From an uncultured Holophagae bacterium (lineage in GTDB: Bacteria; Acidobacteriota; Thermoanaerobaculia; Thermoanaerobaculales; Sulfomarinibacteraceae): a stretch of 64,000 nt of DNA. The first letter of the stretch is position 1, and every line of letters begins with the position of its first letter. A program made the translations under genes and the position numbers. The notes below the pieces were generated by a model that did no database searches, was not told the origin of the DNA, and saw only the letters and a program-made list of their open reading frames with translations. The DNA lies in NCBI GenBank assembly GCA_963801995.1, contig CAWDGW010000017.1, positions 605,544-669,543 of the forward strand, read 5' to 3'. This document shows positions 54,484 to 64,000 of this stretch, in pieces.

Positions 54484-56414
54484 CTTCGTCTCCCCTTGTG
54501 TAATTCCGCGATCGAAAGGCCGTCGCGAATTCGTCCCAGGCGCTCGAGCGCGTCGTGTGATTCCATATACCGGGGGGTCAACGGTGGGTCATCGAGGACC
54601 TTCCGCCACCGCAGCTCACGAATGATGGGAATGTGCTGGACCCCGATTTTCCCCACGAACAGTGGTTCCAGCCGTCCGCCCTCCACCAGATAGCTCATGA
54701 TCTGGCGGAGACCCCGCAAGTACACTACATCCTTGGTCAGCCCACCAGCGCGAAATGTCCTTGAAGTGACAATGAACGCCGTCCGCTGGGAAAACCCGTG
54801 AGTTCCGTCCAGCTCGCGAAAGGTGTCCACAAAGGACGCGCCATCGATCATCAGGCGAGCTGCGATCACCCGGCCGGCCAGCAGGCGAAGCCGCGGCCGG
54901 CTCAGGCCGCCCACCAGGTACTCGGCAAGCACTGCCAGACCCTCCTGGAGAGCGTCGTATCCGGCCAACCCGGTGCTGAGGTGTCTCAATCGCTGGGTCT
55001 TTCCGTTGTGGTACGTCAGCACGTGGGTGCCCACCTCGTGTTGGATCAGGGCCTCGACCCGCGAGGCCGGGATCCTCGACTGCGCGCTCACCAGCAGGTT
55101 CCCCCGCGAGACCATCAGCCCCGTCACGTCGGACCGCACCTCAACCTTCGCGCGGATGCCGGGCATTTTCCGGCGGTAGAAATCGATTTCCTCCTCGGCC
55201 CGGCGAGCAAATCCCGCCGCGTCCACCGACCCGCCATCTGCAGATTCTCGGCTGTGCGACGAGATCGTTGCCAACAGATCCGTGGCCAAATCGTGGAGAT
55301 CGTTCTCCACAGGTCCATACAGCTGGAGACTCCCGAGCAGGAACCGCCCGGAATTGCGGTCCTGCAGCATGGTGATCTCCCGGTCCAGCTCATCCAGCTT
55401 TTCCCTGAAGACCATCGCCAGGGCAGGATCCTCGATTCGTTCCACGGGAGCCCGGAAGAGCCTCCGCTTGAGAACCAACGGTTCTTCCGGGAGGGGCCGA
55501 TAGAGGAAGGTGGGCGCCCGCTCGAACCGCAGTCTCTTGAACTCGTTCCATGCTTCAGCCCCGTTCACCGGGCTCACCTGGAGCAGGAAATCGAAACACT
55601 CGCTGACCTCCGCGAGAATCCGATCCACCTCCCATACCGCCTTGACCACGGCGCGCCGACCCAGGGCGTGATAATGCCCGGGTCGGTGAGTCGTCTGGGT
55701 CCGGGCGAAGTCGAAGAGCGCCCGTCTGAGGGCCACGGTCACGCTCCGGCGCAGCAATCTGAGAATCCTCGGGAAGACCTCCCCGGATTCCGGATCCCGG
55801 AACACCGGCGCGATCTCGATCCCCATCACCTGGCACCCGATCTCGGCGGCCACCTTCGAAGACAGGATTGGCGACATGCCGGGTGGGCAGCATCGGGAAC
55901 TGATTGACGTCTCTACCCGTGATCTATGCCGGTCGAGACGGACCTGGCCCAGTGCGTTCTCGAAGGCCTCCACCACCGGTCGCCGGGATGCGCCCCGTTG
56001 GGACACGCTTCGAAATCGCGGAATCAAATCAGCGGTGGTCACGGGTCCCTCGACAACATCGGCCGGACCGGCCCAGATCTCCAGCACCAAGAATGCTCCG
56101 AACTCTCCCACCAGGGTCTCGGCGATGCCACGGACCAGCTTTGTCACTCCCGGCTGGAGCTTCTTCTGGCCGGGCGCCAACAAGTACGATGCTTCGCTGG
56201 TGGCAAATTTCGCTGTGCCCGGGTCCGAAGCTCGCACCGGGCTCCGGTACACCACCAGAAACGGCAGTTGTCGATCGATGGCCACCCGTCCAGGACCGGG
56301 CAGGGTCCTCCGGACCGGCTTATTGGCCGCGACCCGTTCGCACACCGTTTTCACCATCCGTTCGGAGATCACGTCGGAGACGGCAACGGGGCGCCTGCGT
56401 TCCTTTTGGCTCAC
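54480..56414 (-). CDS. QEGLA-motif protein (DUF1704 / TIGR02421 type; MATCAP-like putative metallo-carboxypeptidase)
   Basis: Literal ALQEGLAVLAEY motif and HEVGTH (HExxxH). Start set at GTG 56414, overlapping the upstream stop (GTGA). The ORF-track 5' extension overlaps the FGase-like gene. Confidence 0.8.
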   Translation of the reverse strand: MSQKERRRPVAVSDVISERMVKTVCERVAANKPVRRTLPGPGRVAIDRQLPFLVVYRSPVRASDPGTAKFATSEASYLLAPGQKKLQPGVTKLVRGIAETLVGEFGAFLVLEIWAGPADVVEGPVTTADLIPRFRSVSQRGASRRPVVEAFENALGQVRLDRHRSRVETSISSRCCPPGMSPILSSKVAAEIGCQVMGIEIAPVFRDPESGEVFPRILRLLRRSVTVALRRALFDFARTQTTHRPGHYHALGRRAVVKAVWEVDRILAEVSECFDFLLQVSPVNGAEAWNEFKRLRFERAPTFLYRPLPEEPLVLKRRLFRAPVERIEDPALAMVFREKLDELDREITMLQDRNSGRFLLGSLQLYGPVENDLHDLATDLLATISSHSRESADGGSVDAAGFARRAEEEIDFYRRKMPGIRAKVEVRSDVTGLMVSRGNLLVSAQSRIPASRVEALIQHEVGTHVLTYHNGKTQRLRHLSTGLAGYDALQEGLAVLAEYLVGGLSRPRLRLLAGRVIAARLMIDGASFVDTFRELDGTHGFSQRTAFIVTSRTFRAGGLTKDVVYLRGLRQIMSYLVEGGRLEPLFVGKIGVQHIPIIRELRWRKVLDDPPLTPRYMESHDALERLGRIRDGLSIAELHKGRRR

Positions 56415-57194
56415 AGCCGCTCCAGTTCCTCGAGAACTCCCGGGACGGTGGACGCGAGCGCCGCACCCACCGCCGCATTGAGATTCTCGTCCAGCTCGCC
56501 GGTCCACTCGTCCATGAAGAACTTCTTGACCTCGACCGACAGGACGCAAGCCGATTCCGGAAAGGTGGCATGGGCCCACCTGCCGCCATTGCCGCCTTGG
56601 AACTTGACGTTTTCTCGAACGTCCAGCCCACCGCCTGGAAAGTCAAAGCCTCCCAGATCGGCGATGAAACGGTCGATCACCGGCGCCCACCGTCGGCGGT
56701 CGCTCATGGTCCCGGTGCCCACGTTCACCTGGGGGTTGAACGCAGGGTCTGCCAAGGCCCCCGACGGCCCATTCCGGCGGTGATTGTAGGAGTGGAGATC
56801 GTAGACCACGAACCGGTTGTGGTGTTCCGCCAACTCTCCATAGAGAAGGCCCAGTGCTTCGTAAAAGTCATCGTACTCATCGAGTGATAACTGAACCTGG
56901 TCCTCAGGGATCGAATCCCGCCATACTCGTAGCCCCCAGGCGTCGTCCGGTGTTCGATAGACGGCAATCTCCCGCGGCCGGTTGAGGTCCACTTCGAATC
57001 GCGAACGCGTGCCCACACCCGAGTCGGCACAAACCCGATCCACTCTGCGGTATGAGGGTCTTCCTCCCGAAGCCGGGCCTCCTCGGAGATCGCCATCAGG
57101 GGGAGAAATCCTCCCGCACCTCGTGGCCGTCGTGAATCGCCGTCGCCACAATCGGCCCGTCGCCACGATCCAACGTCCAGATTCTGTCCACCAT
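56411..57194 (-). pseudogene. N-formylglutamate-amidohydrolase-like (FGase family) gene with two frameshifts
   Basis: AGGAGG, 10 nt, then ATG 57194 gives MVDRIWTLDRGDGPIVATAIHDGHEVREDFSP. It continues in another frame as LMAISEEARLREEDPHTAEWIGFV, then in the ORF-track frame as TRSRFEVDLNRPREIAVY...VVYDLHSYNHRR... The first junction is at a G5 run, 57099-57103. Confidence 0.65.
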
Positions 57195-57351
57195 CGGGGG
57201 AACCCCTCCTTTACATCATGGACCGCACACACCGTTCCGTCGTCGAGTTACCCTTTTCCGACGGAATCGCGAAGTGTACCACCAGTGTTGGATATTCGAT
57301 CTTCGTAGTCGGAAAATCCGACGACATTTTCCTCAACCGGGATTGTCCGAA

Positions 57352-57414
57352 TTGTGGTGCGTCTTGCCTGCCGACCCTCCGGTTCTGCAGGCAGGCGATA
57401 CGCCCGCACCACAA
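57352..57414. repeat. REP-like hairpin, same family as 11480-11790
   Basis: ttgtggtgcgtcttgcctgcc...tgcaggcaggcgatacgcccgcaccacaa. Shares the flank gtccgaatt with the copy at 11473. Confidence 0.8.
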
Positions 57415-57632
57415 ACTGCTGAACAATCCAATCAGCAGCTACCGCGCACGCCTGGGCGGGGGGACTTTCAACCGACCGCCGGCAGGAGCTCACAGCCGTG
57501 GCTATGGGGGTCGTCGCGAGGGAGAGGGCTGGCCTGCGGCTGTCTGTCGGCGGCGGTGAGTCGCGTTGGAGCAGCCGACGGCTGCGACAACGTGAACTCT
57601 CGACTTTTGACTCTTTTCTCGGGTGGGCGGGG

Positions 57633-57717
57633 GAATTTTCGATTTTCAATTTTCAATCTGCAATTTGCAGTCGGGCGGGCGGGACGTTTAAACTTTTACC
57701 CTTTAAACCTTTAAACC
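57633..57717. repeat. micro-repeat arrays (GATTTTC/CAATTTG heptamers, then TTTAAACC type)
   Basis: gaattttcgattttcaattttcaatctgcaatttgcag is flanked by G-rich gggtgggcggggg / tcgggcgggcggg. Then gtttaaacttttaccctttaaacctttaaacc, the reverse-complement style of the 42.5-kb array. Confidence 0.8.
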
Positions 57718-57742
57718 AAAAAACGCCGGGTTCCCCCGGCGC
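57718..57742 (-). terminator. rho-independent terminator after hppA
   Basis: On the minus strand: gcgccggg-ggaa-cccggcg followed by T6, 26 nt after the hppA stop. Confidence 0.8.
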
Positions 57743-57767
57743 TTCGAAGTACTGATGAGAACGCGGT

Positions 57768-59987
<2,220 letters not shown>

Positions 59988-60309
59988 GGGTTCCTCCTCC
60001 TCAACCTGAGATCGAAATTGCGAAAACCCCTTGAGGCTCGCGCCGGCTTCTCCTCCAACAACTTGGCCGCGGCGCCCAAAGCACCCCGGACTCCGAACAT
60101 GTGAATATTAGTACAATCCGTGATAGATCGCCACCAGCACGAGCTACTATCCTCAATTTCTCAATTCAAGTTCCTTGGTTGGGAAATTGGTACCGACCGG
60201 AACCGCGAGGCCAGGCTCACCAGAAGCTCACTTGAAAAGCCCCACGGTCAACCCCATACTCTCCTCAGAGTTTGTGCTTGCCCCTACCAACTCGGAGAGC
60301 ATTACTTCA

Positions 60310-61329
60310 ATGCAGACTTTCAGAATGGCGACTGACCTCCTCCCTGCCTTTATCGAGGCGCTCAAGAAATGGGGAACGGTCTGGGCACCGGTCCGACACG
60401 GCGGCAACGGATACCGGCTCCAACCGGTCGACGACGTATCCGAGGCAAGGCCAGAGGCCTTGCGGACCACCCTCCCCTTCAAGAAGCTACTCCTCAGACC
60501 TTCCTTCGTGATGCTCGAAGGACCTGTGGGTGGGGTTCCAGCGGACCTCGGCGACAACGACCGCGGGGACCAGGTGTTGTTCGGCGCCCACGCCTGTGAC
60601 ATCCACTCCCTCAAGATCCTCGATCTCCTCTATCTCGCCAACTACACGGATCCCTACTACCTCGCCAATCGTCAGCGCTTGACTGTGGTCGGCTACGGAT
60701 GTTGGCCTGACGAGCATTGCTTCTGCGCCTCCATGGATACCTCGGCCGCGGACGACGGATTTGACCTCTTCCTCACCCCCCTCGAAGGCCGCTTTCTGGT
60801 GGCGGTGGGGACTTCGAAGGGCGACGATATCGTCCGCGCGAACCAAGGACTCTTCACACCGGCCACCGCCGGTGACACCACCGACTATCTGCTCCGGTCC
60901 AGGCGCCGCAGTCAGGCCTTCCAACTGGCGTTGGAGACGTCAGATCTGCCCTACATCCTCGAGCTGAAGAAAGACGATTCGGTGTGGGACGAGATCGGCG
61001 CCAGGTGCCTCTGCTGCGGGTCGTGCTCGACGGTCTGCCCAACCTGTTCCTGTTTCAACGTTGCCGACGAACTCGGCGAAGGTCAGGTGGCGCGACGTCG
61101 GCGCACCTGGGACTCGTGCCTGTTCCGGGACTACGCCACGGTCGCCGGAGGCCACAACTTCCGGACCGACCGGGCGGACCGAATACGAACCCGTTACTAC
61201 CACAAGCAGGAGGCCTTCGTTCGCGAATTCGGCATGCCATCGTGTGTCGGATGCGGCCGGTGCATCGAAAACTGCCCCACCGGCATTAACGTGGTGGAGG
61301 TCTTCTCCCGCGTTCGAGGTGAGCTGTGA
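60310..61329 (+). CDS. hyhB: group 3b [NiFe]-hydrogenase (sulfhydrogenase) beta subunit, AsrA-like Fe-S protein
   Basis: CLCCGSCSTVCPTCSCF and CVGCGRCIENCPTGI clusters. Start ATG 60310 is uncertain (ORF track 60175). Followed by gamma, delta and alpha genes. Confidence 0.8.
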   Translation: MQTFRMATDLLPAFIEALKKWGTVWAPVRHGGNGYRLQPVDDVSEARPEALRTTLPFKKLLLRPSFVMLEGPVGGVPADLGDNDRGDQVLFGAHACDIHSLKILDLLYLANYTDPYYLANRQRLTVVGYGCWPDEHCFCASMDTSAADDGFDLFLTPLEGRFLVAVGTSKGDDIVRANQGLFTPATAGDTTDYLLRSRRRSQAFQLALETSDLPYILELKKDDSVWDEIGARCLCCGSCSTVCPTCSCFNVADELGEGQVARRRRTWDSCLFRDYATVAGGHNFRTDRADRIRTRYYHKQEAFVREFGMPSCVGCGRCIENCPTGINVVEVFSRVRGEL

Positions 61330-62225
61330 ATTCAGACTCACGGGTCCCGCTCGCGCCGCCGTCGCAGGCAAGGCAGACCCTCACCCATCGCAACCCGTAC
61401 CTGCCGGCGCCGGCCAGGATCCTCGACGTCCGAGAGCTCGCCCCGGAGACCCGGCTCTTCGAGCTCAGATTCGAGGACTCCGAGCTCGCCCGGTCCTTTC
61501 AATTTCTCCCCGGCCAGTTCGTGGAGCTGTCGGTGATGGGAGTCGGCGAAGCCCCGTTCTCCTTGCCGTCCTCCTCCACCCGCGCGGGCACCTTCGAGCT
61601 GGCGATCCGACGCGCCGGCAGCCTCACCGGATACCTCTTCGACCACCTCGGAGAAGGTGACACGGTCGGCATCAGGGGCCCGCTGGGCAACGGATTCCCG
61701 GTGGATCGGTTTCGCGGAAGCGATGTCCTGCTGGTGGCCGGCGGCTTGGGCATGGTCCCCCTGCGCGGCCTGCTGCAGTACCTCGTGGACCTGAGACAGC
61801 ACTTCGGCCGGATCACCCTGCTCTACGGAAGCCGCACTCCCGACGCGGTGCTCTTCGCCGACGAGCTGTCCTCGTTCGCACATCGTGGGGATGCCGTTGT
61901 GCGGCTCGCCGTGGACTCGACCAACGACCAGCCGTGGGACGGCGAGGTGGGGTTCGTCACCGAGCTCGTGGACCGGCTCAAGGTCGATCCGGGCGGCACC
62001 TTCGCCGTCTGCTGCGGCCCGCCGGTGTTCTACAAGTACGTTCTGGAACGGCTGGTCAGCAAGGGATTCGGCAAGGACCGCATCTTCCTGAGCCTGGAAC
62101 GACGGATGGAGTGCGGCATTGGCAAGTGTGGCCACTGCGCCATCGGCTACACCTTCACCTGTCTGCACGGCCCTGTTTTTTCTTACTGGGACGCGATCAA
62201 CCTTCCGGAGCTGATTCACCCATGA
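61326..62225 (+). CDS. hyhG: group 3b hydrogenase gamma subunit (FAD/NAD(P)-binding, C-terminal [2Fe-2S])
   Basis: 299 aa. GTGA overlap with hyhB. Ferredoxin-reductase-type fold (PGQFVEL, VAGGLGMVPL). C-terminal CGIGKCGHCAIG...C. Confidence 0.82.
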   Translation: MNSDSRVPLAPPSQARQTLTHRNPYLPAPARILDVRELAPETRLFELRFEDSELARSFQFLPGQFVELSVMGVGEAPFSLPSSSTRAGTFELAIRRAGSLTGYLFDHLGEGDTVGIRGPLGNGFPVDRFRGSDVLLVAGGLGMVPLRGLLQYLVDLRQHFGRITLLYGSRTPDAVLFADELSSFAHRGDAVVRLAVDSTNDQPWDGEVGFVTELVDRLKVDPGGTFAVCCGPPVFYKYVLERLVSKGFGKDRIFLSLERRMECGIGKCGHCAIGYTFTCLHGPVFSYWDAINLPELIHP

Positions 62226-62233
62226 ATGATCGT

Positions 62234-62282
62234 GAATTCCAAATTGCATATTCCGAATTGCGAATTGCATATTGCAAATTTT
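62234..62282. repeat. heptamer micro-repeat array (GAATTGC type) inside the hydrogenase operon
   Basis: gaattcc aaattgc atattcc gaattgc gaattgc atattgc aaatttt, in the 133-nt hyhG-hyhS spacer. Confidence 0.85.
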
Positions 62283-62358
62283 CAGCTTATGGGGAGGGTG
62301 CCGCTGGATTTTGTTGGTCGCCCGCCGACGACGATCACGACACGGCGGAGGCCAGGCG

Positions 62359-63147
62359 ATGACGGGCAACGCGCGGCCGAGGGTGGGAATCTTCGGGCTC
62401 ACTGGCTGTGCCGGCGATCAGCTCCAGATCCTCAACTGCGAAGACGAACTGATCCGGCTGGCGTCAGAGCTCGAGATCATCGATTGGGTCATGGTCATGT
62501 CGAATAGCGACCACGAGACACCGCTCGACATCGGCTTTGTCGAGGGTGTGGTGGCCACCCGCCGCGACCTCGAGAACCTCAAACGGATTCGGGAGCGTTG
62601 CACCCAACTGGTCGCACTCGGGACCTGTGCCGTGTGGGGCGGCCTGCCTGCCATGCTCAACAGCCTCTCTCGAGAAGTCCTGCTCAACGAGGTCTACCAT
62701 TCGGGCGTCGACTTCATTGACAGCATCGAGGCCCGTCCGGCCACGGACTTCGTCCACTTCGAGGTCGAGCTCCCTGGCTGCCCGATCGAACGCGACCAGT
62801 TTCTACGGGTGGTCGCCTCGATGCTGGTGGGCACCGTCCCCGAGCTTCCCGCGGTGCCAGTCTGTTGGGAGTGCAAGATCCGGGAGAACCCGTGCCGCGT
62901 GCTTGACTTCCATGAGGTCTGTTGCGGGGCCATGACCCGCGCCGGTTGCGGCGCCCGCTGCCCGTCCCTCGGCGTGGCCTGTGCCGGTTGCCGGGGGCCG
63001 TTGGAGGAGCCCAACTACGACGCCAACGCCAAAATGTTCACCGACCGGGGCCTGTCCTGGCTCGAGATCGGCGGCCGCATGCGCAACTTCTCAGCTCCGG
63101 CCTGGATGCGGCTCGGGCTCGAAGGCGAGGCTTCGCATCATGGGTAG
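62359..63147 (+). CDS. hyhS: group 3b [NiFe]-hydrogenase small (delta) subunit
   Basis: Start set at MTGNARPRVGIFGLTGCAGDQ (ATG 62359, GGCGGAGG RBS). GTCAVWGG, LPGCPI, CWECKIRENPC, TRAGCGARCPSLGVACAGCRG. Confidence 0.85.
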   Translation: MTGNARPRVGIFGLTGCAGDQLQILNCEDELIRLASELEIIDWVMVMSNSDHETPLDIGFVEGVVATRRDLENLKRIRERCTQLVALGTCAVWGGLPAMLNSLSREVLLNEVYHSGVDFIDSIEARPATDFVHFEVELPGCPIERDQFLRVVASMLVGTVPELPAVPVCWECKIRENPCRVLDFHEVCCGAMTRAGCGARCPSLGVACAGCRGPLEEPNYDANAKMFTDRGLSWLEIGGRMRNFSAPAWMRLGLEGEASHHG

Positions 63148-64000
63148 CCCACGCACCATCACGATTCCCCACGTGGGAAGGGTGGAGGGCCACGGCGGCA
63201 TCAACGTCACGCTGTCCGGCAACACGGTTTCGGCTGTTGAAATGGACATTCACGAGGGCAGCCGCTACTACGAAGCCCTGCTGGTCGGCAAGAGCTTCCT
63301 CGAGGTCCAGGGGATCATCACCCGGGTCTGCGCCATCTGCTCGGCCGATCACACCGTGGCCTCCCTCGAGGCCCTCGAGGATGCACTCGACGTCAAGGTC
63401 TCCGACCGAACCAGGCTGCTTCGAGGCCTGATGCTGCGCGGCGCCGCCGTGGAGTCTCACGCCCTCCACGTCTTCGCCCTGGCGCTGCCCGACTTCCTCG
63501 GCTACGGATCGGTCATGGAGATGGCCGGGGCGTTGCCCACCGAGGTCGCTTCGGCGTTGCGCCTGAAGCAGCTCGGAAACCGGATCCAGACCCTGGTCGG
63601 CGGGCGAGCGGTTCACCCGGTCAACGCCCTGGTGGGCGGCTTCGGGTCCCTACCGGCCCACCGCGATCTGGACCGCCTCCGCCAGGAACTGGCGGTCGGC
63701 CTGGAGTCGACCCTCGAACTGGTAGACCTCGCGAAATCCATCGCCGTCCCGACCTGGGGGACCGGTGAACGGATCTACGTCGCTTTGGGTCCGTCCGGAA
63801 CTGACTATGGGTTTCGCGGCTCGTCGATCTGCACGTCCCGCGGAGAGGAGTTCCCGGTCGCCGAATACCGGCGGACCACTCGAGAGTTTACGGTCGAACA
63901 TTCCCACGCGAAGCATGCCGCACTGGAGTCCGGCGAGACCTACATGGTGGGATCCCTCGCCCGACTCCAGCTGTGGGCCGACCGCCTCGACGGTCACGCC
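63140..64000 (+). CDS. hyhL: group 3b [NiFe]-hydrogenase large (alpha) subunit, N-terminal 287 codons (runs off right edge)
   Basis: Not in the ORF track because there is no stop in the window. ATG 63140 overlaps the hyhS end by 8 nt. L1 motif GRVEGHGGI and L2 motif RVCAICSADH. The frame is open to 64000. Confidence 0.88.
   Translation, partial: MGSPRTITIPHVGRVEGHGGINVTLSGNTVSAVEMDIHEGSRYYEALLVGKSFLEVQGIITRVCAICSADHTVASLEALEDALDVKVSDRTRLLRGLMLRGAAVESHALHVFALALPDFLGYGSVMEMAGALPTEVASALRLKQLGNRIQTLVGGRAVHPVNALVGGFGSLPAHRDLDRLRQELAVGLESTLELVDLAKSIAVPTWGTGERIYVALGPSGTDYGFRGSSICTSRGEEFPVAEYRRTTREFTVEHSHAKHAALESGETYMVGSLARLQLWADRLDGHA

Noticed and set aside
60100-60115. CRP/FNR-like site TGTGA-N6-GTACA in the hppA-hyhB divergent spacer
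   Set aside because: Only one half-site is canonical and the second matches weakly. A single occurrence cannot be distinguished from chance without a genome-wide motif model.

Overview
GC-rich bacterial chromosomal segment with about 45 protein genes. I saw no rRNA, tRNA, CRISPR array, transposase or integrase. All calls rest on ORF structure, RBS context and motifs recognised by eye; no database search was run.

Gene content, in order:
- 0.4-5.4 kb: two translationally coupled PPDK_N-type (PEP/pyruvate-binding) proteins. The second is fused to a nucleotidyltransferase.
- 5.6-8.0 kb: a metallophosphoesterase and a PilZ-TM-AMIN protein.
- 8.8-11.3 kb: an XPD/DinG-type helicase with an N-terminal PD-(D/E)xK nuclease.
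- 13.85-18.3 kb: a roughly 1490-codon Lhr helicase gene broken by six frameshifts.
- 18.4-22.0 kb: an M24 aminopeptidase and a DUF255/YyaL-like thioredoxin-domain protein.
- 22.2-33.0 kb: a dissimilatory sulfur module, adk <> aprB-aprA-(Zn-ribbon)-(YkgJ Cys-cluster)-qmoA-qmoB-qmoC-sat.
- 33.1-35.2 kb: an accessory islet with an XRE-HTH/AbiEii-like pair and a four-helix-bundle (23S IVS-type) gene inside an inverted-repeat cassette.
- 35.3-37.7 kb: envelope proteins (DUF502, SYLF, DUF481).
- 37.7-38.8 kb: a decayed alpha/beta-hydrolase lipoprotein gene.
- 39-53 kb: a Mg2+/osmotic homeostasis island with an MscK-like channel, corA, three MscS genes, mgtE, an MgtE-N/CBS protein, another MscS-like protein and a CNNM/CorB protein.
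- 53.4-57.2 kb: a triad of GshB-like ATP-grasp, QEGLA/DUF1704 and FGase-like genes.
- 57.8-60.0 kb: hppA.
- 60.3 kb to the window edge: a group 3b [NiFe]-hydrogenase operon (hyhBGSL, with L truncated).

Most unusual observations:
1. About 20 short-period (7-8 nt) tandem micro-repeat arrays and REP-like hairpins fill about 15 intergenic spacers. They often occur as inverted pairs. In two places they bracket a small gene in a nested inverted-repeat cassette.
2. Fifteen frame disruptions are concentrated in four genes, while roughly 50 kb of other coding sequence reads cleanly.

Lineage cannot be assigned from sequence alone. The gene content resembles sulfate/sulfite-respiring Acidobacteria or Deltaproteobacteria-type genomes, which is inference only.
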